Under the pieces are notes generated by a model, which had not been told where the DNA came from, searched no databases, and saw only the letters and a list, made by a program, of their open reading frames with translations. This document shows, piece after piece, positions 11,201-21,622 of a DNA stretch of 64,000 bases. Each line of letters begins with the position of its first letter. The first letter of the stretch is position 1. The position numbers were made by a program, and so were the translations under genes. Origin of the DNA: Picochlorum sp. SENEW3 (taxonomy: Eukaryota); NCBI GenBank assembly GCA_034226945.1, contig CP120456.1:496001-560000 (forward strand), read 5' to 3'.

Positions 11201-11356
11201 ATTATTTACCGGGACAAGTGTCCAAGATTCCCCTTTCCAATCAATTATATATGATTTTCTGTCATCCCGTGTCGATACAGTAGCCCAGCAGCTGGGTATG
11301 AATACCAAAAGGAGCAACGACAGCGCTCGTGTCGTTTTGGTGTTAAAAGTGCCCAT
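8224..11356 (-). CDS. Secreted DUF285/BspA-type surface-repeat protein (2 exons)
   Basis: Exon 1 (11356-11113) encodes signal peptide [25 protein letters not shown]. Intron 11112-11037 (GTGCGT...GCAG) restores the frame (DLGR-EFLGF). A Pro-rich linker precedes roughly 17 repeats of FNQxIxxW(D/N)TxxVxxMxxMF. Confidence 0.85.
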
Positions 11357-11567
11357 AACAAAAGACACTGGCTTTACTATATACAGAATATATCAGTTAT
11401 GTAAACACATGATTTTGTATTTTACATTCTTGAAATGGCGTACATACGGCGAACGATACAACAAGACATGAAATTTGGTCGCATTACGCTACTCGCGACC
11501 GATCGGTCGTGGAGAATCGGAATTCAAAATCACACGCTGACAGATCTCAATATTGGGCAGGAGGAGG

Positions 11568-12644
11568 TCAATCCCATGCCTCGATGCATACAAGCATATC
11601 GTACAAGGACTGCTCTGCAGAAATGAAATGCACGCCGAGATCCCGTTGAATCCTTTCATTGCCAAGTCCCATGGGTTTATTCAGTCCAGGAGTAAGTGAC
11701 TCCCATGGCAACAATCTGAAAATGTTGCTCAAAATCCATAGCAACCACACAGGTGTCATGGGGCCGACCAAGTTTTTCTCAGGGCTAAACTTCTTCCCAA
11801 CATTTTTCAACAAATCATGCATGTTTCGGACCTCAGCAGCACACAAATACCGACCACTTGCCGAAGCATCAAAAGCAGCCACCGTATGGCTGCTTGCAAC
11901 ATCTCTGACATCGACCGCAGACAGATATAACGCTGGAAAGCCAGACCGAAACTTGCCTTCAAGGCATTGCTTTGCAAACGTAATACTCTCTCCACTCCCT
12001 TTGCATATCGGAGGACCAAGGACAAACCCTGGATTCACGCAGATCAATTCGAATGATGCATCTTTGGCCATCTCCCATGCCTTCTTCTCTGCTAATGTCT
12101 TTGAGTAATTGTATGCGCCATGCCACACTGTCGAGACAGAATTCCAGTCCTCCTCTCCCACATACCCTATTGTGTCTTTCGGATCCTTTTTATGTTCGAG
12201 ATTATCACCGCACATGGCAACAATGGATGAGGTCATGACTACTTTCTTGACAGAAGGGGTGTTCAAAACTGCTGACAGCACATTTTCAACCCCCTCCACA
12301 GCAGGCTTCACAATCTTCTTTTCTGCCTCTGGGCCTTTCATATTAAGGATAAATGGGCTGGCCACATGGAATACATGAGTGCATTCTTTGACTGCTTGAT
12401 CAAATGATCCACGCTGTGTCAGATCAGCTTCAATATACTCCAATCGAGCACTTTTGGGAGCATTCTCTAGTAGATGACCCAAACATGTTTCTAATTTATC
12501 CTTACTTCTGCCAGTAGCCCTCACAATGTGCCCTGCTTGGAGTAGGCGATTCACGACGTGGCTTCCAACAAAAGAGGCTCCACCCGTGACAAGACACGTC
12601 GTTGGGCCTACATTCTTCTCAACATCTGTCAGAGATACCTCCAT
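11568..12644 (-). CDS. NAD-dependent epimerase/dehydratase (CCR/DFR-like SDR)
   Basis: Motifs VTGGASFVGSH, VFHVASP, YNYSK, NPGFVLGP, VDVRDVA. Confidence 0.9.
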   Translation of the reverse strand: MEVSLTDVEKNVGPTTCLVTGGASFVGSHVVNRLLQAGHIVRATGRSKDKLETCLGHLLENAPKSARLEYIEADLTQRGSFDQAVKECTHVFHVASPFILNMKGPEAEKKIVKPAVEGVENVLSAVLNTPSVKKVVMTSSIVAMCGDNLEHKKDPKDTIGYVGEEDWNSVSTVWHGAYNYSKTLAEKKAWEMAKDASFELICVNPGFVLGPPICKGSGESITFAKQCLEGKFRSGFPALYLSAVDVRDVASSHTVAAFDASASGRYLCAAEVRNMHDLLKNVGKKFSPEKNLVGPMTPVWLLWILSNIFRLLPWESLTPGLNKPMGLGNERIQRDLGVHFISAEQSLYDMLVCIEAWD

Positions 12645-12958
12645 TTGAGAATTAAGTATTGTAAATGTGTTGGTAAGAGGTTTTTAATTGGGGTTTCTGG
12701 TGGAGTCACACTCTCGAGACCTATCAGGCCAGCGCTGGCAAAGTTTTAATAACTAAAGTAAGGAATTCCTTACTTAAACATAAAGTGCATACATATTCAT
12801 TGAGTGATAAGAACCATCGCAGATGGGTTGAACTTGTATAGAAATATTACTACTGTTGAACGAAGAATAGAAAAACCTGGACGGTTGTCGCATCTGGGCG
12901 CGGTTAGAGGGCGTTTGTCGGAAGGGAAGAGAGAACGAATCAAACCAACCTTGGTACA

Positions 12959-14986
12959 ATGCCTCAGAGACAAAATGGGCCTCTGTCTTTGGAGGATTTA
13001 ATGAAGAAGAAGGATTTGGAGAAGAAGGAGCAGTCTCGGCCTGTTTTCCTGACGAAGAAAGAGCGACAAGAGCTTGCACTCCAGAAAAGGAAGGAGGAAG
13101 TTGAGGAGCAGCGTCGAATGATGGAGGCCATGCGGCGTGCGAGGGAAGAGGAATATGCGAATGAGGATAATGGGTATCATAGGTCACATGGGGAGTACTC
13201 GAGGGGGTCGCGGCGTGAAAGAGAGGAGGAGGTGCGGAGAGAGCGGGAGAGGGAGAGAGAGTTGCAGCTCATCAAGCAGCAGTACCTGGGTGGGGAGCCC
13301 AAAAAGCGAAAGGTGTTGAAGGCTTCAGAGAGGACAAAATTTCACTTTGATTGGGACAAGTCTGAGGATACGTCGAGGGATCTGAATCCGTTATATGATC
13401 GGCCACATGAGGCAACGTTGTTGTTTGGGAGAGGTATGAGGGCTGGTATGGATAGGCGAGAGCAGAAAAAGGTTGCTGCTGAAATTGTGACTGAAACGAT
13501 TAAAAAGTCAAGGGCATTACATGGAGATGTTCAGACTGGAGAGGATGTCAGGAGGGCATTGGAGAGGGCTGAGAGGGCAGACCGGTATGATGGCCGTGAC
13601 ATGAGTGTTTCAAAGCATTGGAGTAAAAAGAAATTGTCTGAGATGACTGAACGAGACTGGAGAATATTTAGAGAAGACTTTAATATCTCATTCAAGGGAG
13701 CTACATCCAATGTCGCTCTGCCAATCAGGAGTTGGGAAGAAGCAGAGCTGCCCAGAGAGGTCTTTCAAGCAATTGATGATGCCGGGTACACAAAGCCATC
13801 TCCGATTCAGATGGCGTCTATTCCCCTTGGATTGCAACAGAAGGATGTCATTGGCGTGGCCGAGACGGGTAGTGGTAAAACTGCTGCATTTGTTATTCCA
13901 ATGCTGGAGTATATTAGAAGGCAACCTGTCATGGCAGGGAATCCTGATATCGAAGCAGAAGGTCCATACGCGATTGTACTTGCCCCCACAAGAGAGTTAG
14001 CGCAGCAGATTGAAGTGGAGACGAGAAAGCTCGCGAAATATACGGGGTATAGGGTAGTGAGTGTTGTAGGAGGACAGAATATAGAGGATCAGGGCTTTGC
14101 CCTGAGAAAGGGATGTGAGATTGTTGTGGCGACTCCTGGAAGATTGCTTGATTGTATTAAGCGGCAGTATGCAGTTTTGAATCAATGCAATTATGTCGTT
14201 CTGGACGAAGCAGATAGAATGATTGACATGGGCTTTGAGCCTCAAGTTGTGGGAGTTTTGGATGCCATGCCGTCATCAAATTTAAAGCCAGAGAATGAAG
14301 ATGAGATGCTTGAAGAAGACCGTGTATATAGAACGACGTATATGTTTAGTGCGACAATGCCTCCCGCGGTAGAAAGACTTGCTAGGAAGTATTTGAGAAG
14401 ACCCGTGATTGTCAATATTGGTAGTGTCGGAAAGGCTACTGATAATGTGTCACAGAGAGTGATGATGCTGAAGGAGAATGAGAAACCCAATAAGTTGGAG
14501 AAAGAATTAAAAAATGCTGGTGATGTGAAGACCATTGTGTTTGCGAATACACATAGGAAGTGTGAGACTGTCACTCGCCAGTTGGAGGGTCTTGGATACT
14601 CTGTCGCATTGTTGCACGGTGGTAAATCTCAAGATCAGCGCGAGGACAATATTCGAGGTTTCAGAGAAAATAAGTACGATATACTGGTTGCCACGGATGT
14701 AGCTGGAAGAGGTATAGATGTCCCTGATGTGATGCTGGTGATTAATTATGACATGCCTCACACTGTTGAGGCGTATACCCACAGGATTGGACGTACAGGC
14801 AGAGCAGGCAGAAAGGGCGATTCGGTTACTTTTTTGACATATGGAGACTCAGAGCTGTTCTATGACTTTAAGAAATTGTTGGAAGATTGCAATGTGCCAG
14901 TGCCACATGAACTTGCAAGGCACGAGGCAGCCCGGAAGAAGCCCCAGTCATCAACTGCAATGGGTCAGAGGCCGATTACTACGTAA
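12959..14986 (+). CDS. PRP28: U5 snRNP DEAD-box RNA helicase PRP28/DDX23
   Basis: [21 protein letters not shown] and [10 protein letters not shown], plus the PRP28-typical FDWDxSEDTS and [13 protein letters not shown]. Confidence 0.95.
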   Translation: MPQRQNGPLSLEDLMKKKDLEKKEQSRPVFLTKKERQELALQKRKEEVEEQRRMMEAMRRAREEEYANEDNGYHRSHGEYSRGSRREREEEVRRERERERELQLIKQQYLGGEPKKRKVLKASERTKFHFDWDKSEDTSRDLNPLYDRPHEATLLFGRGMRAGMDRREQKKVAAEIVTETIKKSRALHGDVQTGEDVRRALERAERADRYDGRDMSVSKHWSKKKLSEMTERDWRIFREDFNISFKGATSNVALPIRSWEEAELPREVFQAIDDAGYTKPSPIQMASIPLGLQQKDVIGVAETGSGKTAAFVIPMLEYIRRQPVMAGNPDIEAEGPYAIVLAPTRELAQQIEVETRKLAKYTGYRVVSVVGGQNIEDQGFALRKGCEIVVATPGRLLDCIKRQYAVLNQCNYVVLDEADRMIDMGFEPQVVGVLDAMPSSNLKPENEDEMLEEDRVYRTTYMFSATMPPAVERLARKYLRRPVIVNIGSVGKATDNVSQRVMMLKENEKPNKLEKELKNAGDVKTIVFANTHRKCETVTRQLEGLGYSVALLHGGKSQDQREDNIRGFRENKYDILVATDVAGRGIDVPDVMLVINYDMPHTVEAYTHRIGRTGRAGRKGDSVTFLTYGDSELFYDFKKLLEDCNVPVPHELARHEAARKKPQSSTAMGQRPITT

Positions 14987-15076
14987 CACTTACTTGATCA
15001 TTGAATGGTATATATTTATAAATTTTTGATCGTATCATGAGACAAAAGAATGTCGAGCAGAAGTGGAATAATTGAA

Positions 15077-17122
15077 TTAGTTCCCTGAACGCCTCTTCCA
15101 AGCAGCAATCCATTCTCTAGCCTCTGCAACATTAGCTGGTATATCTTCTTTTTCTTCCCTCTTTGGTTCCCCCTTTGGCTCTATTGTATCTTTCTCTGGA
15201 ACAGGAGCAGGATCCTCAGATACTACTACTGGTGCGGTAGCCTGCGAATCAGATTCTGCTGAGGTCTCTGAGACCTGCTGAGCATCAGTTTCCTCAATCT
15301 CATCAATGTAAACTGCTTCTTGTCCGCCAAGCATATTTTTCAATGATCCAAAAATACCTGTATTTTCCTCCTTTTCCACCGTTGGTGTAGAAATCTTTTC
15401 ACTGGACGCCTGAGGTACAGGTTCCTGCACAATTACTGGCTCTTCTTTTTCAGCAACTTTGTTTGGAGTGACACCAACCTTTCGTGAGTCACCGCCCAAA
15501 AATCCTACGAAACCTTCAAGCATAGATTCTCTCCTATCCGAGTCTGATTCTTCGGGCTCTTGCCTTGTGTCTTCGACCTCTTGATCCTCCACAATAGGTG
15601 TCTCTTCCTGTGCTGCTGCTTGCCCAGGCAAAAAGTTTGCAATATCAAATGGAGATCCTCGCTTTCTCTTTCCACCTTCCTGAGACTTTCCACTCCCTGC
15701 AACAACCACTTTTTCTTCCTCCTCCACGCGAGGGAAAAGAATTGCTTCTTGAATGGCATCAATTTCTTGAGCAGACAACACAGTACCAGAGTTGATGCCC
15801 TTCTGCTGCTCCTGAGCGACCGCCTTTGCTGCTTTGACTAACAGTTTTTTCGACTCGAGCTCCTCCCTAAGCGACTGGACCTGAGTTTCCAGTCTCTCTG
15901 CATTCCTCAAAACCTCCATGTTCTCCTTCAAAAGTCCCTTCTGTTCAGCTCTAGCCTCTTTTGCTGCGGATTGCAACTCGGCTATCATAACACGTGTTTC
16001 TTCCAAGTCCTTAGATGCAGCTTCAATACGCGCACGCACATCTTCCTCCTGAGCCTGCAATTCCTCCAAGCTGACAAGTGCCTGCTCTCTAAATGATTGG
16101 TCAACTTCAACTGGCATCCCAGCAAGTAAAGATTCATATTCCTGGAGAGGTGCTTCAGTTTCAGCAACAACTTCAACACATTTGTTTGTCACAGATTCTG
16201 GAGATATAACCGCGGCAGTAATCAACTCTGCTATTTGGAGACGGCTCACAGTACCACCAAAGAGAGTATCCCTAGTAGCCAGCCTCACATTATGGGTATA
16301 TTTATGATTATCCTTTGGCCTTTCCATACCTCCAGGCCTGACGATCAAATATGGCATACCAGATCGTTCTAATGCTTCTTCTGCCTTTCTCTTCCAGATC
16401 AAAATACCACCAAACAAATTCAGAACTCCTGCAGGGAAACCAATTTTGCCAGTCCCTAACGATGTCACTAAAATGAACTGCGGAATATCACAACTTGCCG
16501 CGACATCAATCAAAGTTTCAGTTGCCTCAAAGTCAATCTGTTTTGGTGCTGCCAGGTTGGTGAATTCTGACTCGGCTGCTCCAACAGCACAGATAACCCT
16601 TGAAGCATTCCCAATTGCAGGCTTGATACTCTCCTCGTCTTGCAGATCACAATACACAACTTTGATCTGAGATCTTGCCTTTCTGTCCAAATCACCAATA
16701 CTCTCGCAAAGAAGATCAAGGCGTTTATCAAACTCATCAGCTCTTTCTTGAGATCTCACACCTGCCCTCACTTTAAATCCAGCAGCAGCAAGCTCACGAA
16801 CAATGCGAATTCCTAGACGACCAGTAGATCCAGCAACAAATACTGTCATCGGGTCCTGTTTCCCCTTTCGAGTCCCAAAGATACCACCACTGGTCTTTGA
16901 GGCAGGAGCGTCCCCACCAACCCGGAGACGGATTGTTCCTCCCTCTCCGAAAGGATTGTTCTTCAGCAAGGAATCGAGGAATCCTGATGAAGAATCCTCA
17001 TTCTCTGCTCGAACTTTGACTGGAAGATTCGAATGATTCTTTCCTGCCCTCCGCACACCTTGCACCTTGAAGGCTTGCCAACTGGCATACTTTGTCTGTC
17101 TTCCAGAGGCCCAACTTTTCAT
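15077..17122 (-). CDS. TIC62: TIC62-like chloroplast NAD(P)-binding protein with coiled-coil/acidic C-terminal extension
   Basis: Motifs VFVAGSTGRLG, LVTSLGT, WKRKAEEAL, IVRPGGMERP, DTLFGG. Transit-peptide-like N-terminus from ATG 17122. Confidence 0.85.
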   Translation of the reverse strand: MKSWASGRQTKYASWQAFKVQGVRRAGKNHSNLPVKVRAENEDSSSGFLDSLLKNNPFGEGGTIRLRVGGDAPASKTSGGIFGTRKGKQDPMTVFVAGSTGRLGIRIVRELAAAGFKVRAGVRSQERADEFDKRLDLLCESIGDLDRKARSQIKVVYCDLQDEESIKPAIGNASRVICAVGAAESEFTNLAAPKQIDFEATETLIDVAASCDIPQFILVTSLGTGKIGFPAGVLNLFGGILIWKRKAEEALERSGMPYLIVRPGGMERPKDNHKYTHNVRLATRDTLFGGTVSRLQIAELITAAVISPESVTNKCVEVVAETEAPLQEYESLLAGMPVEVDQSFREQALVSLEELQAQEEDVRARIEAASKDLEETRVMIAELQSAAKEARAEQKGLLKENMEVLRNAERLETQVQSLREELESKKLLVKAAKAVAQEQQKGINSGTVLSAQEIDAIQEAILFPRVEEEEKVVVAGSGKSQEGGKRKRGSPFDIANFLPGQAAAQEETPIVEDQEVEDTRQEPEESDSDRRESMLEGFVGFLGGDSRKVGVTPNKVAEKEEPVIVQEPVPQASSEKISTPTVEKEENTGIFGSLKNMLGGQEAVYIDEIEETDAQQVSETSAESDSQATAPVVVSEDPAPVPEKDTIEPKGEPKREEKEDIPANVAEAREWIAAWKRRSGN

Positions 17123-17523
17123 TCTAAATGCACGCACACCAAAATGTAAGATCTGAAGTATCTCAAAAACCTGTAAATCCACGAATCAGATGATCTTCCA
17201 AACAGGCAGAAGGAGTGAGTTGCAAGACACAATCCAGACTCGTTGCACCACTACGTGTAAACAACCGATCGGCAGATATTGCAAGCAATGTGTTATTAAT
17301 TTGACCTGTTCGTACGCAAACAATGCATCTTGGATCGCCGCATCGGTTCCCAAAATCGAAATGTGAATCAAATCTCTTAGGATTGGATTTTTATTCTATC
17401 TATTTAGGACACTCCCGTCGCATTGAAGAATTCTCATTTCTCCATTTGTGCTGTCAAATATTTTACATTTATCCCTGTTGATAGAATAGATTGGCGAGCG
17501 ACGTACTCTTTCCTAGTCACAAG

Positions 17524-18456
17524 ATGGGTGGTGTGAAAACCACACCCTTGCCAAGCCAGGCAGTCTGTTATGAAACTAATATTCGCCAATCTCTCGCCCA
17601 TAAGATACACAAAAGGCCCCATGTAGCATATAATCCATCAAGAAGAGTGGTAGATAAGCAGAGACAAGGGTTCATAGGATCACAGCAGCAGCAGCATCAG
17701 CAACTACTTGTGAAGGGGGCAAATAATGAGCAGCAGCCCAGTACCACTGGTCGACAACTGGATGATGATTTTTCAATCATATCATCTGATGGAAAGTGGA
17801 GAGTACGAAAAATACAAAAGAATGATCCCAAGGAGATACAGCGTGTCGTATCTCTGCAAGCAGATGGATTCCACACAGGGCACCCAGTCCCTCTTATTGA
17901 TGGGTTCCTCAAGACATCGTTCAAAGCTGAAGTATTGTCTGAGATGCAGAAGAAACTAAAATATAATCCTGAGGATAAATTTATAAGCCTTATAGTTGAG
18001 GCAAATGAGGATTCGATGCCAGATTCTTCCAACAAGGGCTCGACTGGCGTTCTGGGTATGTGTCTATCAATCAATCAACTGTAGGAGTGAAATAGTTTTG
18101 ATAACGATACCGACACACTTCAATATATGATTGCAGGTGTCGTTGAGGTATCATATATAGACGAGAAGGAAGTTTTATCGTCATTAGATCCTGGAACTCC
18201 AGGAGTCGTGTACATTGCATCCATGACAGTATCAGAACAGGTTCGGAGAAAGGGAGCAGCCAAAGCCCTTCTTGAAGGAGCCATAGCAGTAACAAAAGCA
18301 TGGAATGAAGATATATGTGTTCTTCACGTCTACCAAGACAACGCCCCTGCAATACACTTGTATCATGCCTGTGGATTTGAGACCATCTTTGCTGATGCAG
18401 CATGGTGGGCAAGAGTCGCCGTTCGGCCTCGCTTCCTCATGAAAAAAACTGTCTAG
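17524..18456 (+). CDS. GNAT-family N-acetyltransferase, probably plastid-targeted (2 exons)
   Basis: Intron 18056-18136 (GTATGT...TGCAG). Motifs YIASMTV..VRRKGAAKALL and LHVYQDNAPAIHLY..GF. Confidence 0.85.
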
Positions 18457-18495
18457 AAATATATTACATTATAATATAAATTGATGCGAAACTAC

Positions 18496-19199
18496 TTACT
18501 GTCCGATCTCAGCACGCTTCTTGGTCCAGAGAATGTCCAAAGCAGAGTCAGCATCTCCCTTGGCTCTGACCTGTCCACAGAGAGCAAAAGCAGAGAAGCT
18601 ACCAGTATAGAGACCGCTCTCGTCCAAGTGTCCAACATTCACCTGGATAGAGCGATGATCTTTAGCTGTGATCAATTTATTAGTCCAAGAGCTGCAACAC
18701 GCACATACAAGTCAGTTGAGTTCTTCTTTCCATGCGATGACGCGATCCTTTGAATCGCTCACGTATTTTTCAATACCAAGAATCTCTCATCCATAGAGAC
18801 CAGCTGAAGAGTCCAGACCCCCCCTGGTAAGAAGGCAGAACTCCAGCCGCACAGCTTTTCCCAAATTTCCAACTCAAACATTCAATTCCCCGCCCGACCC
18901 CCACTCAGCATATCCCAAAGTCATATAATTAAATACTTGACTGTATATTCCTGACCAAACCACCCCGATAGTGGACAGATCGCAGAAGGAAAAACCATCC
19001 GCCGACGGCTGCCACAACCAAGGTCGCAACAGCAGCAACCAGCGGGAGCATATAATCACATTCCCAACCCCTCCCAAAGTTACACATGGAACTTTGACAT
19101 GATTTCATGGATGTAAGGACCAAGTCCTCAGCCGCAGCAGCACACATACCATTTTCTTGGAATGTAAAGGTCGACAATCTCACCAACGTCGTTCTTCAT
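18496..19199 (-). CDS. RPS21: 40S ribosomal protein S21 (2 exons; not in the ORF track)
   Basis: Exon 1 (19199-19150) [16 protein letters not shown]. 458-nt intron 19149-18692. Exon 2 [24 protein letters not shown]...GDADSALD...EIGQ*. Confidence 0.95.
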
Positions 19200-19568
19200 C
19201 GTGAATAGAGTATCTAAGACGAACAAATGTTAATTTTGATTACTTTTGTGACGTTGTAGGGCCATGATCATGTCCAATGTGTTGCACATGGATCCAATTC
19301 AGGGACAGCGACACAAGCGATACTGGACATCCCATCAAACATCTCATGGATGGGACAATCTTGTCATTTAGGAGGCTCCTTGTAGGTGCTCATTCGCTAT
19401 TCGCTATGTAGGCTGATAATGAGCCATTGCAGAGTTATTCAATACTATAATATGGTATTAAATGTATAGATTTGTTTGAATCAAACAATCTGTGTCGTAT
19501 TTGAGCAAAGAAGGGTAGAACCCAATCCTCTGCATGCTAGTGTCAATACTTCCTTCTTCTGCACAACT

Positions 19569-21014
19569 ATGACGCTCATTGGCGGTAGTTATGAACGATT
19601 TTTATTCGGATATAGCCATCCAGCATCGTTACGGGGGCAGGTGCGAATATTGTCTGGCTTGTCATGTCTCTATTCTTTTACTGTCTGATACCTTACTTGC
19701 ATACACCTGGTGTAGGAAGCGTGTGAATTAAAGAGTGACTTTACACATGCTGCTCATAAAGGTGTTGTAAAATCTTTGGCGGCAGCAGGGCCTTTTCTTG
19801 CTTCTGGTGGGGCTGATGATTTAATTCATCTCTATGATTTGAGGCACAAAAAGGACCTGGGCTTTCTGATGAATCCTGCAGAGGGTTCGATCACTGCTCT
19901 TTCTTTTTTCACACCAGAGCATGCTTTCAAGCCGACACACTTACTGGCGGGCTGTACAGATGGTACCCTGACAGTATGGACTGCTGGCCATGGGTGGCAA
20001 TGCATGAAAACGCTTCGCGGGCACCGCAATGAAATAACATCTATTACTATTCATAAGACAGGATTGTTAGCACTGACTACATCACGTGATAAGACGATGC
20101 GCTTGTGGGACCTGGTCAAGGGAAGGACTACATTTCATTCCAAATTAGAGGAGGAGGCAGAGCAAATCTCATTTTCTCCCTCCGGACAAAAGTATGGCAT
20201 TCGAGCAGGGTCAAAGATTACTATTTTCCCAGTAGACTCTAACCCCGAAGTACCTAATAAAGGGGCAATTTCATTGGTACATCCCAGAAAAGTTACCAGC
20301 TTTTGCTTTGGAAACAGTGACTCTGCTGTTATTTCTGGCTCTGAGGATGGAACAGTGCGTGCGTGGCAAGCCACAGAAAATCAACCGCCATGTATCATTG
20401 TTCAACTTGAGAAATGTCATTCGAGTAGAATAAAGGCACTATCCATTCCAAAATCATATACAGTGGACAAGGATTCACAACCTACACCCGAGTCTACATA
20501 TATGGGAGGAGAGTTCCCTGCGTTTGTTGCCACTGCGTCGAGCGACGGATTGATTTGTATTTGGAAACTTCAGAAAGCTATAGAGGAAGCGATAGATAGG
20601 AAATCGCCCATTCAGCCCGCAGAGGATTTTCAGTTATCTTCTGTTGATACAAGGGCTCGATTGACTACACTGGTAGCGATGGATTCGGTGGATATGATGG
20701 AGCTGCTGGCGATTGAAATGTCTAATATATCCAAGCGGCGAAAGAATACTGCAAAAAAGCATCGCGTCAGCGCCTCACAAGGGGATGAGAAACCCAGAAA
20801 GAAGGAGAAACATGTGCAGAAAAGAGTCGAGACACCCCACTCTGAGGGCGTCACGAAGCTCAGAGACGATGGATCTAAAGTTGTTTCGTTTATAGATGAG
20901 AGAGATAGAGAGCGAGATGCAAAGAAGAAGAAGAAGGTAGAGATCCAGGCAAAGAGAATGAAGAGCCAGCAGAAAAAGACATCCAAGAAAAAGATGAAGA
21001 AATCAATGACATAG
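19569..21014 (+). CDS. PAK1IP1: PAK1IP1/MAK11-like WD40 60S biogenesis factor (2 exons)
   Basis: Exon 1 MTLIGGSYERFLFG, intron 19641-19715. LASGGADDLIHLYD, WD repeats and a Lys-rich tail. Confidence 0.85.
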
Positions 21015-21622
21015 GCTTTCCTGTTACAAATAGTCGCAGTATAACCCAACTGGGTGTGGCATAGGTCGCTATGGCATCCAAGCACACATGCTTGCAAATG
21101 GTAGTGATTGCTGCCATCAAGGATGTCTTCAATGGCAGTCATGACTCATGGATGACTTCCGGCCGTCTGGAAACATGTCCATGAGACCTGCTTCCTGCCC
21201 GTTAAATTATATTCAAAGTGTGTAAGTAAGCTAAAGTGAACATTTTTATAACTGTTCTGTACGACGTTATTGCCACCAGACGTCAGGTACTGCGAGACAT
21301 CTGTCTGACTCTAGCTACTTCATTCCTGCAGATCAGCGCATAGATACTGCCCAATAGCTATTACAAGTATTCAGAGAGAGATATAGCGACGAATAGGGGT
21401 CTGTTTGACTGTGCGGCATCAGCGTGGTTGATTGATCGTTCGCTTTTGAATCAGAAGATTGTTCTTTCATGCGCCTTGCCTGGAGCCATTCTTCAGGAAA
21501 TCTCAACTTTTGATTCGTCTTTCGTACACATCTATTGGCACGGACGCTATTTGATTGATTCAGTAGCAGGACGAAGATAGAAGGTAGGGCCTTTGCCTGG
21601 TGACTTGCCCCGTGATTACAGG

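Noticed and set aside
11063..11368. Apparent frameshift or pseudogene at the DUF285 gene's 5' end
   Set aside because: A canonical 76-nt GT-AG intron (11112-11037) restores the frame.
18929..19051. Short hydrophobic ORF ([23 protein letters not shown]...) inside the RPS21 intron
   Set aside because: GT-rich intron sequence readily yields hydrophobic peptides, and there is no independent support.
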